Positions 48,659-58,623 of a stretch of DNA of 64,000 nucleotides are shown here, piece by piece; positions within the stretch are counted from its first letter, which is position 1; each line of letters begins with the position of its first letter. The notes below the pieces were generated by a model that was not told the origin of the DNA, made no database searches, and worked only from the letters and a program-made list of their open reading frames with translations. This DNA comes from a virus, in the IMG/VR virus record IMGVR_UViG_3300013117_000236, positions 4,547-68,546 of that record; one strand, written 5' to 3'. Made by a program: the position numbers and the translations under genes.

Positions 48659-49081
48659 ATGGCATTCGGAAAATGGAATGTAACAGGGGACCTTACGTGG
48701 GTTGATAGTGAAATATTGTTTTCATCAGAATTGAATGATACTTTAGATGAGGCGATACAACCAGTAGGAAGTATTATGGCTTGGGCTAAGAGTTTTACTG
48801 GAGTACCTAATTTACCTATTGGTTGGGTAGAGTGCGATGGTAGTACTTTAAGTGATAGTGATAGTCCTTTAGATGGAGAAACTCTACCTGATTTAAATGG
48901 AGATAATAGATTCCTTAGAGGAGATAGTACAAGCGGAACAACAGGTGGAGCTGGTTCGCATACGCATGGTAATCCTGTTAGTTCATCAATCTATGGACAT
49001 GATGGTTCTAATCAACAACACGCATCCTCTTCTAATTTACCGGTGTACTATGAGATTGTTTGGATTATAAGGATTAAGTAA
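48659..49081 (+). CDS. tail-collar-domain fibre protein 1
   Basis: PVGSIMAW, GWVECDG, LPDLNG..FLRG, HTH. Confidence 0.85.
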   Translation: MAFGKWNVTGDLTWVDSEILFSSELNDTLDEAIQPVGSIMAWAKSFTGVPNLPIGWVECDGSTLSDSDSPLDGETLPDLNGDNRFLRGDSTSGTTGGAGSHTHGNPVSSSIYGHDGSNQQHASSSNLPVYYEIVWIIRIK

Positions 49082-49082
49082 T

Positions 49083-49502
49083 ATGGCTTTCGGAAAATGG
49101 AATACTAGCGGAGAAACGACATGGACAGATGACGACGTGTTAATGGCTACTGATTTAAATGATACGTTTGATGGGACAATTCCACCGATAGGTTCTATTA
49201 TGGGATGGACGAAGTCATTTGGTGGTGTTCCTCAAACTATACCTACTGGGTGGATGGAATGTGATGGTTCTACGATTGATGATGCTGACTCGCCTATGGA
49301 TAATACCACAGTACCGGATTTAACAGGTGGTCAATTAACTAGAGGTAATTCAACAAGTGGAGGAACAGGTGGTGGTGATACGCATACGCACGGAGTACAA
49401 GCAGGTGGTGGTTATGGTCACAATGGAAATAGTAGAATACATAGTACCGAAAATAGCGTTCCACCATACTATGAAGTTGTTTGGATTATAAGATTTAAGT
49501 GA
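49083..49502 (+). CDS. tail-collar-domain fibre protein 2
   Basis: PIGSIMGW, GWMECDG, VPDL, HTH. Confidence 0.85.
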   Translation: MAFGKWNTSGETTWTDDDVLMATDLNDTFDGTIPPIGSIMGWTKSFGGVPQTIPTGWMECDGSTIDDADSPMDNTTVPDLTGGQLTRGNSTSGGTGGGDTHTHGVQAGGGYGHNGNSRIHSTENSVPPYYEVVWIIRFK

Positions 49503-49506
49503 TATT

Positions 49507-49920
49507 ATGGCATTTGGTAAATTTAGTAGCGGTGAATTAGATTGGAAGAAAGGAGGAGTGTTAACTGCAAGTGATTTGAATCAAATAGCAAAAGTTATTC
49601 CACCGATAGGAGGAATAATTCCTTGGCTTAAAACACTAACAGGCGTTCCTCAAACACTTCCTGCAGGATATGCTGAGTGTGATGGTTCAGCTATTAGTGA
49701 TGGTGATAGCCCTTTAGATGGTGAAACTTTACCAGACCTAAATGGGAATAATAATTTTCTTAGGGGCGAAACTACTAGTGGAGGTACTGGAGGAGCATCT
49801 ACGCATACACATGGAGTAACTGCAGGAGGAGTTTATGCTCATTCTGGTAGTATGCCTCATACTACTGATAGTCATGAACCTACATACTATGATGTTGTAT
49901 ATATTATGAGAATAAAATAA
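49507..49920 (+). CDS. tail-collar-domain fibre protein 3
   Basis: PIGGIIPW, GYAECDG, LPDLNG..FLRG, HTH. Confidence 0.85.
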   Translation: MAFGKFSSGELDWKKGGVLTASDLNQIAKVIPPIGGIIPWLKTLTGVPQTLPAGYAECDGSAISDGDSPLDGETLPDLNGNNNFLRGETTSGGTGGASTHTHGVTAGGVYAHSGSMPHTTDSHEPTYYDVVYIMRIK

Positions 49921-49933
49921 TGGAGGTAAAAAT

Positions 49934-50167
49934 ATGGTAGAAGCAATAATAACTTCAGATAAAACATTTGGTGATAATAGAGAAATAGCCTTTAAAGTTA
50001 CTGCTAAAGGAGAGGAAGTTTACTCTTCATTCATCATAGGGAAAGACACACAAGATGAAAAGATAAAACTAGAAGTTAAAAAAATATCAAAAGAAATAAT
50101 AGGCAAAGCGAATAAGACTAATACTACTAATAACAACTTAACTAACACCAAAGTTAACGTAGATTAA
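49934..50167 (+). CDS. hypothetical protein
   Basis: GGAGGT RBS. Confidence 0.6.
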   Translation: MVEAIITSDKTFGDNREIAFKVTAKGEEVYSSFIIGKDTQDEKIKLEVKKISKEIIGKANKTNTTNNNLTNTKVNVD

Positions 50168-50191
50168 AATTTAAAAAAGGAGGGTTAAAAT

Positions 50192-50470
50192 ATGGATGCA
50201 ATGATAATAGTACCATTCCTGTTAGCAATAGGAAGAGCTATTAACGGAGCTGCAAAAGCATGGAAGAATATGGGACCAGAATTTGAAATGAATTGGATTA
50301 GATTCATTGGCAGTATAGTAATCCTTTTAGTAATTGCTCTTGTAGCACAGTTTGGAATGGCAACTCTAGGTATGGTCGACACTTTAATGTTAATACTCGG
50401 CCAAATAGGATTTGGATGGATAGGTACTAACATAATTGAAGACGTAATTCAGGGTAAGAACGGAGAATGA
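50192..50470 (+). CDS. small membrane protein, holin-like
   Basis: up to three hydrophobic helices; last gene of the late arm. Confidence 0.5.
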   Translation: MDAMIIVPFLLAIGRAINGAAKAWKNMGPEFEMNWIRFIGSIVILLVIALVAQFGMATLGMVDTLMLILGQIGFGWIGTNIIEDVIQGKNGE

Positions 50471-50664
50471 TTATAATTTACACTAAAAATCCATTTCCCT
50501 TTTTTTAGTGGGGGTATTTTTTATTGATTTTCAATGCCCTCTACTGTTTTTTGTTCATAGTTAATTGTATATTATCTATAGTATTATTTATTGTAGATAC
50601 TAGATATTTAAAGAGTTTAAAGAATTGTATGGATGTAAAGCAAATACCCTACCTGCTTCTAGAA

Positions 50665-51348
50665 TTATCCACTATCTTCTTTTGTTTGGTTGATGTTGAG
50701 TAATTCCTGCGTGATTGCGCGTCCAATCCCCTTGATTATAGGGAAGTTCTCAATAGTTATAGGTTCTTTATTACTTTTATTAATTACCATTAAGTCTAAC
50801 TTACTTTTTATTGCTTCGGCTCTACCCTGACTTATTTTTGGTATGCACATAAACATTGTCATTTTAACGTCTTCTATCGTCATCTTTGACCTTATTGTCA
50901 TCAAGTCAGTATCTAATATGGTAGGCGCTTTACCTTCTTTCGCTTTCTCAACTATTTTACCTACTAACTTAATTAGTTGGGTATCATTATCTACTTGCGC
51001 CATCTTTACATTGTATTTCACTAGTAGTGAGGATAATAATCCTACTTGATGGTTTACTGTCCATCCTCTCATGTGTGGATTAAAATATAATTCTTTAAAC
51101 GACCCACTAATTAGTAAATAATTATTTGGGTAATTTTCTTGCATTTGTAATAGTTGTTTCTGTAACCTTTTAGTTCTTACCGACATAACCAAATCTTGAA
51201 TTGTCTTTCTCTCTATACAAATATCTTTATAGACAAAATCACCTATTGGTAATGCTTCTTTTGTATGTTCTATCCCTTCCCTTTTCAGCATGTTAAATAT
51301 TCTTGGGGTTTCTCTGGTATCTACCTTTAATGTATATTCATGTTCCAT
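50665..51348 (-). CDS. ERCC4/XPF-family nuclease with HhH motifs
   Basis: VDTRE, LPIGDF, IERKT..DL..S, IKGIG. Confidence 0.92.
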   Translation of the reverse strand: MEHEYTLKVDTRETPRIFNMLKREGIEHTKEALPIGDFVYKDICIERKTIQDLVMSVRTKRLQKQLLQMQENYPNNYLLISGSFKELYFNPHMRGWTVNHQVGLLSSLLVKYNVKMAQVDNDTQLIKLVGKIVEKAKEGKAPTILDTDLMTIRSKMTIEDVKMTMFMCIPKISQGRAEAIKSKLDLMVINKSNKEPITIENFPIIKGIGRAITQELLNINQTKEDSG

Positions 51349-51352
51349 AATA

Positions 51353-52324
51353 TCATTTATAAAACTTAAATTCCTTATCTTTTTTTGTTATAGGGTAACC
51401 TTCCCTTATCAAAAATTCCCAACGTGGGAAAAACAAGTCACCTCTTCCATAAATGTAATGAAATTGCCTTTCATCAACAAGAGAGTGTTGGAACTTTTCG
51501 GGGCTCCAGTATTTTTTACAATACTCAATACAAAGTGGTAATGGAAAACCGGCTTCTCTAAACGCTAATATTGTGTAATACCTATCCCTCCACCCGCATC
51601 GCTTAGCCATTAGCATAGTAGTTATTAATGGTGGTAGTTTATCTATCAAGAACTTAAAATCTATATCTTTTGGTCCTGTAGGAGTAGTTAACAAACCTAA
51701 TTCTAATATATCTATTTCTGGGTTATTAATATAACTTTTTAAATCTATTAAAAACCCTTTATCTATTACTTGTTTAAAACTTTGTGATTGGGCAATATCT
51801 TCTATTTTTTTCAAGCTCAACTCATTAAGTTCAAAATCTGAAATAGGGATACAGAATCTTCTTCTATATGGTTTAATATTAAATGTATTTGGTATACGAG
51901 TAATTCTTCTCACATCTCCAATAACATGTTGGTCAACATCTTCCTTCTTTAAACCTGCTTTACTTATTAAATCTAATTGTGCGTTACGTAATGCTGTTTT
52001 AGGATGTTGTGGCACTATTGTAGTATCAACAAAAACATATACATGAAATCCTCCACCACTAAATAATACTACATGTTCCAATCCATTTTTTACTAGTAAC
52101 TCATGGAATTGTCTGGTCTTTTCTAATGCTTTCGGTCCGTCAAAATCAAAGAATAACTTATCAATACGAGGATTTTCGCTGCAATTATAAACACTTATGT
52201 AACAATCTATTTTACCATTGTACTTGTTGATGAGATAATATAACTCATCTCTATTTCTTACAAGTACTCTCTTCCTACCAAATTCCCTCGGAAAGTCAGG
52301 GAACAATGTATCAATCAGATTCAT
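51353..52324 (-). CDS. archaeo-eukaryotic primase, PriS with fused PriL/PriX-like C-terminus
   Basis: FFDFDG, SGGGFHVY, DVRRITRIPNT; helical C-terminal extension. Confidence 0.88.
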   Translation of the reverse strand: MNLIDTLFPDFPREFGRKRVLVRNRDELYYLINKYNGKIDCYISVYNCSENPRIDKLFFDFDGPKALEKTRQFHELLVKNGLEHVVLFSGGGFHVYVFVDTTIVPQHPKTALRNAQLDLISKAGLKKEDVDQHVIGDVRRITRIPNTFNIKPYRRRFCIPISDFELNELSLKKIEDIAQSQSFKQVIDKGFLIDLKSYINNPEIDILELGLLTTPTGPKDIDFKFLIDKLPPLITTMLMAKRCGWRDRYYTILAFREAGFPLPLCIEYCKKYWSPEKFQHSLVDERQFHYIYGRGDLFFPRWEFLIREGYPITKKDKEFKFYK

Positions 52325-52494
52325 TTTCTACCACCTGTGTAAATAGTGCTAATAATATCCAAAAGATTGCATATAGTATTGCTACTGTTTGGTGAGTTGC
52401 ATATTCTGATACAAACTCCGCTATACACATTTGGTATATTGCACAAAGGACGAAAATTGCTGATGCGATTTCTCGTAAACCTACCTTCATATTA

Positions 52495-52668
52495 TCACCT
52501 CTTTACTTTTTTAATTGTTATTTCTATTTTATCGTCATTTTCTAGATTTAGAGTTCTAGCTATCTTCCCCTTATTAGAAACCCATAACTCTCCTTGAATT
52601 CTTCCAAATTCAAAATTTATTTTATTCCATTGTATTTTAGTTCGGGCACTAAAAGTTACGCTTGTCAT
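52495..52668 (-). CDS. 57-aa AbrB-like protein (not in the ORF track)
   Basis: ...IARTLNLENDDKIEITIKKV; GGAGGTGA RBS; ATGA overlap. Confidence 0.5.
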   Translation of the reverse strand: MTSVTFSARTKIQWNKINFEFGRIQGELWVSNKGKIARTLNLENDDKIEITIKKVKR

Positions 52669-53402
52669 TTTCTCACCTCCTCTAGTAAATGTTTCTCCCA
52701 GTCTCCTTTATTGTTTTCGTGACACAATTTCTTTACATTTTGTGGACACCAGAAACAGTTCTTTGGTTTAATAGGAAAATATTCCATAGTAATACTCTTT
52801 TTAACTTGTTTTACTATACCTAACATCTTGTTAATATGTTCTTCAGTAATATCTATCGATAGAATCTTACCTGTTTTTACAGCTATGATTCCTACTTTAG
52901 GTATAGGTTTCTTGAACGCTTCTCTAAATAAATAAGCATATACTGTCATCTCAAATAAGTGTTTCTTAATTCCCTGAACTGTTCCTGTTTTATAATCATA
53001 AATATGGTAACGACCTTCTTTTGGCTCGTAATCAACTCTATCAATTATACCGCTCAAAGGACCAATCTTTAACTTTACTTCTTTATGTTTTGGTCTATAA
53101 TGATGGCGCGGTAACCTGTTAAACCTTTCTGTTTCAATCTTTATAAAATTATCCATCCAATCTTTATGGGCTCTCCAACTAATATCAGTCATTAAACTCT
53201 TTAAAGTGTTTTCAAAGTTTTTTGGTTGCATTGTTCCATAATCTAATCTATTAAAAAACTTCTCTGCTATATCGTGGAACCACGTACCTGCTTGCATGGC
53301 GGGGCTTGTAAACGGAACATCATTCAATTGTACGAGTTTATATTGTTGTGGACAATTGCAATATTGCAATATTCTACTCTTACTTAGTTTTGGCACTTCC
53401 AT
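52665..53402 (-). CDS. PD-(D/E)XK exonuclease (Cas4/RecB-like)
   Basis: CP..Y, GTWFH, GIIDRVD, DYKTG, CFWC..C. Confidence 0.88.
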   Translation of the reverse strand: MEVPKLSKSRILQYCNCPQQYKLVQLNDVPFTSPAMQAGTWFHDIAEKFFNRLDYGTMQPKNFENTLKSLMTDISWRAHKDWMDNFIKIETERFNRLPRHHYRPKHKEVKLKIGPLSGIIDRVDYEPKEGRYHIYDYKTGTVQGIKKHLFEMTVYAYLFREAFKKPIPKVGIIAVKTGKILSIDITEEHINKMLGIVKQVKKSITMEYFPIKPKNCFWCPQNVKKLCHENNKGDWEKHLLEEVRK

Positions 53403-55599
53403 GCTTAAACCACTTCCCTAAATCTTGTGTTTTAGAAATCCAACCCATAGCATCATAAACTTTATCTAATTTATTTGTGAAAGTTAATTGCTCCATCTTT
53501 TCCCAATTAACATCTAAACCTTCTGGCACTTTCTGGGTAAAACAAATAACATTTGTTGAGGGTTTCCCTTTAACTCCTTTAACGTAAATCATTTTAATCT
53601 TATCACCAGCAAATATTCGTTCGCCTAAATATTTATTAGCATACTCTGCACCGCGTACGTGCGCCTGCTTTACTTTATAATCTTCAAACTTTGACTTAAT
53701 TCCTTTTGGTATCGCTATTTGGTCTAGTGGTATCTTTTGGAACTCTTTCTTCCTTTCTGCGACAAATCCCTCTATGTCCTTCTTCTTCTTTCCGTCTAAT
53801 AATAAGTTAAATAACTCTTGTTGAAACTTTTGTCCGAAAGGATTAAAATCACTTCTAATTGCTTCAAATCCCGTAATATCTAATGTAGGTTCTTTTTTTT
53901 CACCGTCAACCCAAACCAACCTACCAGCATACCTCTTCTTTGCGTTTGTTTCTAAAAATTTTATGTAAACTTTCTCTGCCCTATTCAAAAGGTATTTATT
54001 CTCTTTACACCCGAACTGCTTAACAAATTCAGTATAACTATCGTTTACTACCTTCTCTAACTTGGCTCTTATTTCTAGTATTTCTTCTAAATTTTCCTTG
54101 TTAGTTCTTATTATACAAGAATCAGTATCCGCGTAAATGACTTTCAAATCTGGTGAGTAATCTTCTATAACTTGCTTTGTCCATTTTATACACTCTCTAC
54201 CTATCCAAGTTATACTTTTCGCTATGTCAGGGTTAAATAACCTGAAGTTTGGATATGCTGTAGCGCCATAGACTGCATTAATAACAAACTTCATCGCGAA
54301 CTGAAAGGCGTATAACGACTTATACTCAATAGAACCATATTCAGTTTGCCTCATCTTTTTCTTTACTTTATCTCTCTCGTTAATTAGGTATTCAATCATA
54401 CTAGGTATAAGACCTTCGGGTTCGCTCTTAAAGCTAATTCCGTTACCAAGTTTGAGGTCCCCTTCTTTGCTAATAGTTTCAGTGCTCATATTAAATTGTA
54501 ATATAATAGAAGGATATAGTGACTTCAAATCCATAACCATAACTCCTTTGTGTACTCCTGGTTTTGTTGTAAGAACGAAACCACCCTCAAATTTTTCTCT
54601 TTTACCGTAAGTACGAGTAGGTAAAATCTCTCCTCTTTCTTTTGCTTTACGTAATAAAAGTACGTCATTAAGCATGCTAAATTCAAATGTATATTTCCAC
54701 ACACTACCACATAATAAACGCAGGGTATTATAAAAGTCAATCAGCATTTTCTTTTTGTCAATTAAAACACATAACTCAACATCGTGTCTATTATATTCAA
54801 TTAACGTATCTAAGTTCTCCCACAAATCACGAAGGTATGGTTTCCCCTTGTCCAAACCTAATTCTTTCTTTGCTACGTAATCTAAACTATTATACGTTGA
54901 GCTATATAATTTCTTATACGCTCTCAACAAATCAAATACTATTCTACCTTTTACAACAATATCAAAATATCTACCCTGCATCCTTTCTTGTATTGCTGTA
55001 TAATTTTCACGACTTAGTTTATTAGGATTGAGATTTAATACTCTAAATCTATTAATAATATACTTCATATCAAATCTATCAACTGCCCATCCAGTAAATA
55101 CATCGGGGTCAGTTTCATTTATAAACTTAGTAAACTTTTCTAACATTCTTATTTCACTATTAAAAAAAAATGTTGAGTGATTGGAACTCTTCTCTGTTTT
55201 AGGTATAACATCTTCGCGCCAAACAAAAGTAACATACTTCTTTAAAAAATTATCATAACAAGTAACACTCATAATTGGTTCGGGTGTCGTATCAACATCT
55301 AAACAGGCGTTAGCAGTTTCAATATCTAAATAACAAATTCGAAGTGGTTCTTTCTTCATTGGTATTGGTATTTTATCAATTAAATAACGTTGTGGGTAGG
55401 GGATATCACTCTCATACGTTTTAGGATACATTCTTCGTCTATGTTGTACATCTGAAGGAGTAAATACTTCTATTCTTTCCCTCTTATCATTGTAAAAATA
55501 TGGCTTAAACGAATTGTCAGTTTCAACATACAATTTCCCATTTTTATCTCTTCCATATATTTTAATTCCTGCCCTTCCAACTTGTTCAATTATATTCAT
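53380..55599 (-). CDS. polB: family B DNA polymerase
   Basis: LDIET exonuclease motif, DLKSLYPS, KFVINAVYG, YADTDS, KKRY. Confidence 0.97.
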   Translation of the reverse strand: MNIIEQVGRAGIKIYGRDKNGKLYVETDNSFKPYFYNDKRERIEVFTPSDVQHRRRMYPKTYESDIPYPQRYLIDKIPIPMKKEPLRICYLDIETANACLDVDTTPEPIMSVTCYDNFLKKYVTFVWREDVIPKTEKSSNHSTFFFNSEIRMLEKFTKFINETDPDVFTGWAVDRFDMKYIINRFRVLNLNPNKLSRENYTAIQERMQGRYFDIVVKGRIVFDLLRAYKKLYSSTYNSLDYVAKKELGLDKGKPYLRDLWENLDTLIEYNRHDVELCVLIDKKKMLIDFYNTLRLLCGSVWKYTFEFSMLNDVLLLRKAKERGEILPTRTYGKREKFEGGFVLTTKPGVHKGVMVMDLKSLYPSIILQFNMSTETISKEGDLKLGNGISFKSEPEGLIPSMIEYLINERDKVKKKMRQTEYGSIEYKSLYAFQFAMKFVINAVYGATAYPNFRLFNPDIAKSITWIGRECIKWTKQVIEDYSPDLKVIYADTDSCIIRTNKENLEEILEIRAKLEKVVNDSYTEFVKQFGCKENKYLLNRAEKVYIKFLETNAKKRYAGRLVWVDGEKKEPTLDITGFEAIRSDFNPFGQKFQQELFNLLLDGKKKKDIEGFVAERKKEFQKIPLDQIAIPKGIKSKFEDYKVKQAHVRGAEYANKYLGERIFAGDKIKMIYVKGVKGKPSTNVICFTQKVPEGLDVNWEKMEQLTFTNKLDKVYDAMGWISKTQDLGKWFKHGSAKTK

Positions 55600-56054
55600 A
55601 CCTTTTTACCAATAAATACTTTAGGCGGTACACAAAGCTCTTTTTCTATTTTAAAATATTTCTCATTTCTATAAAACATTTTTCTAGCAGTTTGATTTGT
55701 AACTTTTTTGGTGCGTACAATTTCTCTTAATAATTCTATTAATAATAACTTTCTACCATTTAAAATTTCCTTAATCTCATTAACACTTATTTTCTTTTGA
55801 AAGTGTTTACTTAAATGTTTACCGTTATTACTAAATAATTCTAAATTTTTAATTCTATTATCATTTCTAACACTATTTTTATGATGTACTCTTTCATTAG
55901 GTTTTAAATATCTACCTAATTTTTCTTCCATAACTAATCTATGTTCAAAAACATAAAATTTATTATGGTGGGCAAAAGGATGTTCGGGTTTATATATCAA
56001 TATGTATCCATCCCTATTAACAAATCTTCCTCCCTTCCAGTTACCTTTTCTCAT
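55596..56054 (-). CDS. HNH endonuclease (free-standing)
   Basis: NWKGG, EHRLVME, VHHKNSVRNDNRIKNL. Confidence 0.9.
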   Translation of the reverse strand: MRKGNWKGGRFVNRDGYILIYKPEHPFAHHNKFYVFEHRLVMEEKLGRYLKPNERVHHKNSVRNDNRIKNLELFSNNGKHLSKHFQKKISVNEIKEILNGRKLLLIELLREIVRTKKVTNQTARKMFYRNEKYFKIEKELCVPPKVFIGKKV

Positions 56055-56238
56055 TCAATCTCTCCTTTAATCTCTGTATCTTAGTGAATAATAAAAATGA
56101 CCATGCACAAATATCTAGGATTTCTTCTTCTACTTCGTCCTCGAGGTCTCTGTCCATAAAGGTATCTTTACCGTATTCAAGCTCCCCGATTTCTAACCTT
56201 TTGTTAATTCTTTCTGTAAACTCTTTTGATAGTTTCAT
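56041..56238 (-). CDS. MazG-like all-alpha dNTP pyrophosphohydrolase candidate
   Basis: G..EYG and EVEEEILD (EExxD) motif; located between folE and polB. Confidence 0.5.
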   Translation of the reverse strand: MKLSKEFTERINKRLEIGELEYGKDTFMDRDLEDEVEEEILDICAWSFLLFTKIQRLKERLNEKR

Positions 56239-56834
56239 AATTTTATCAACTTGAAAAATTCGTTCTTTGGACTTTTACCTTTTGGTTCTTTTAGGAATAC
56301 ACCTTTTACTGCACTAGTTACAAAATCGCCTTCGTCGCCTTGTAGTTCTGCGCACATATGTCTCGCCTTTATAGTTACTACTACTCCAAGTGGTTTTACG
56401 TTATCATTTATCCATTCTGTAATTTGTTTTGTCATTCTCTCTTGTATTTGTAATCTAGCAGCGTAATATTGTACAACCTTATCTATTTTGTTCATTCCTA
56501 ATATTTTCTTATCTGGGATAATACCTACATGCGCTTCACCAAAAAAAGGTACTATGTGATGTTCACAGAATGACCAGAACTTTACCTTCCTGATTAATAG
56601 TTCATTATACTCATCATCATTATCAAAAACAGTTATGGGGATTATATTTTTACCGAATTCACTATTTCTTGTGGTCTCATTCATAATTTGTAACTTATTT
56701 CTATAACTGTAAAAACATTTTTTATATAACCTCGCAACTCGTTCCGGTGTACAATCTATTCCCTCACGTTCAGTATCTTCTCCTATCTCTTGTAAAATTG
56801 TAAGTATTGCGCTCTCAACATTTTTTTCAATCAT
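56235..56834 (-). CDS. folE: GTP cyclohydrolase I
   Basis: TPERVAR, SFCEHHIVPFFG, RLQIQER, HMC. Confidence 0.95.
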   Translation of the reverse strand: MIEKNVESAILTILQEIGEDTEREGIDCTPERVARLYKKCFYSYRNKLQIMNETTRNSEFGKNIIPITVFDNDDEYNELLIRKVKFWSFCEHHIVPFFGEAHVGIIPDKKILGMNKIDKVVQYYAARLQIQERMTKQITEWINDNVKPLGVVVTIKARHMCAELQGDEGDFVTSAVKGVFLKEPKGKSPKNEFFKLIKL

Positions 56835-57570
56835 TTAATACCTCCTTAATCCATCTTACATTCCAATAAATCGCTAATTTTTGTTCTTCTGTAATTTCAC
56901 TTATATTAAAATAATCTTTTGGTCGTTTTACGTTATCTGGAGTTGTACCCATTAGTTTTCCGAATAAACCTAATTTAAATGGCATTGTGCTATCAATTGA
57001 TGTTATATAAGGTTTATTTAACTCAGATAAATTTTCCCAATTATCTAACGCTAATAAGTGTATATTTTTCTTAATAACGAAACTAGATTCGATTAACTTT
57101 AACAACTCAGTTCTCGGTATATTTGTGTACTGTTCTAACATGTGGTCTGGTATTGCTATTGTATTCACTCTATGCATTTCGTTTAATATGCTAAACGCTT
57201 CTACGAACTTACCAATATTTTTCGCTAATGGTATTACCATTATTTTTAAATCCTTTGGTACTACTGAGAGCATATCTTTCAATTCTTTTGTAAATTGTTT
57301 ATCACCATAATAAAAAGTGTCAGGTAATACTATATAATGTGCACCAATTAATTTCGCTTTCTCAACTAATTCTGGTACTTTAGCTGCTTCTAATCTTTCA
57401 AAATATCCATTATCTAAAATTTTTAATCCTTCTAATTTTTTCCATTCTTCTGTATACTTATTACCATCTTCAATTAAATGAGCTACAGCTAGATGTCTAT
57501 CACTACACCAAAAGTATTTATCGTTCACAAATGCTGTTGGAAGTATATTAACGAATTGCATATTAATCAA
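56827..57570 (-). CDS. TGT/DpdA-like TIM-barrel transglycosylase candidate
   Basis: ILDNGYFE, IVLPD, IHLLA, SIDST motifs; embedded in the preQ0 operon. Confidence 0.65.
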   Translation of the reverse strand: MINMQFVNILPTAFVNDKYFWCSDRHLAVAHLIEDGNKYTEEWKKLEGLKILDNGYFERLEAAKVPELVEKAKLIGAHYIVLPDTFYYGDKQFTKELKDMLSVVPKDLKIMVIPLAKNIGKFVEAFSILNEMHRVNTIAIPDHMLEQYTNIPRTELLKLIESSFVIKKNIHLLALDNWENLSELNKPYITSIDSTMPFKLGLFGKLMGTTPDNVKRPKDYFNISEITEEQKLAIYWNVRWIKEVLND

Positions 57571-58621
57571 CTAAAGGGTCTTTCATTTCAGCTTTTTGAA
57601 AAGCTTCTATACGTTCAACACAAGCTCCGCACTTCATACAGGGATTTACTTTCCCTTTATAGCAAGTATGTGTTAAACTATAATCTACATTTAACTTTTT
57701 TCCAAGAATTGCTATGTCTCCCTTATCCATTTTCAAAAATGGTGCAATAACTTCAATTCCATCTTGTACAATAGTATATTTTTTATCTCCTTTACCATGA
57801 TTTTTACCTGGTATTTTTTCAAAAAAGTATTGATGTTCTTCATACCATTTTCTAAATTGTTCTTGTCTTTTTTCTAATTTAATACTATCTTTCATTAAAT
57901 CAATAAATAATCTACAATCATGTCCAAATAGTTTGTAGGCAAACATTTCTTTTCCAGATTTCTTATGAATACCTTTTGAATGTACGCACCCCCTATTAAA
58001 AAAGAACTTTTTTATTTCTTCTAATATTACTCTATCATTTTGTGTAAATAATACTATTGGCCAGAATTCTCTATCTTTTTCTTTTGTAGTATGTCTCGAA
58101 TCTTGACCTAAAGTACCTTCACATTCCCAAAAAGCTCTAACAAATTCCGGTGTTAAAGTTCCTCTTTCTGCATTTGATGATTGGTCAAATACAGTATTAT
58201 TAAATCCATCTAGAAATCTCTTTCTACAATCCCAATATATTTCGTGGTCTCCTGAATGAGCCCCATAAAAAATCTTTGTAATTTTCATTCCTCTAGCAAA
58301 TGCAGATACTACACTTAACATTAACATATTTCGCATTGGAACAACTGTTTGGTTCATTGTAGATGATGTATAATGTCCTTCTGGAACTTCCCAATTTTCT
58401 CTTGTTAATGATGATGGTGATACCAAATTTATTACTTTTAAATCTATAATAAAGTGTTGAACACCTAATTTTTTACACGTTTTTTTCGCACATTCAATTT
58501 CTCTCTTATGTTTCTGTCCGTAATTGAAGCTAATAGCGTAAGGACTATATCCTTTATCCAATACATAATATAAAAGTGTCGTTGAATCCATCCCACCCGA
58601 CAAAACAACTACTGCTTTCAT
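57563..58621 (-). CDS. queC: 7-cyano-7-deazaguanine synthase with in-frame LAGLIDADG insertion
   Basis: LSGGMDS, YGQKH, VPMRN, YWDCR, TCY...CMKCGAC; about 135-aa insert with FVRAFWECEG. Confidence 0.93.
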   Translation of the reverse strand: MKAVVVLSGGMDSTTLLYYVLDKGYSPYAISFNYGQKHKREIECAKKTCKKLGVQHFIIDLKVINLVSPSSLTRENWEVPEGHYTSSTMNQTVVPMRNMLMLSVVSAFARGMKITKIFYGAHSGDHEIYWDCRKRFLDGFNNTVFDQSSNAERGTLTPEFVRAFWECEGTLGQDSRHTTKEKDREFWPIVLFTQNDRVILEEIKKFFFNRGCVHSKGIHKKSGKEMFAYKLFGHDCRLFIDLMKDSIKLEKRQEQFRKWYEEHQYFFEKIPGKNHGKGDKKYTIVQDGIEVIAPFLKMDKGDIAILGKKLNVDYSLTHTCYKGKVNPCMKCGACVERIEAFQKAEMKDPLVD

Positions 58622-58623
58622 AT

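Noticed and set aside
48659-49920. Diversity-generating retroelement or invertible fibre cassette
   Set aside because: No reverse transcriptase or recombinase; copies are co-oriented, full length, and diverge at all bases, not only adenines.
52665-53402. Cas4-like gene as evidence of a CRISPR-Cas system
   Set aside because: Solo Cas4/RecB-like nucleases are common in viral replication modules; no cas1 or array is present.
57750-58186. Bulge-helix-bulge intron flanking the QueC insert (CAAU-CAUC can pair with GAUG-GA-AUUG)
   Set aside because: Bulges are not the canonical 3 nt, and the cut positions I tried give out-of-frame products; not supported by eye.
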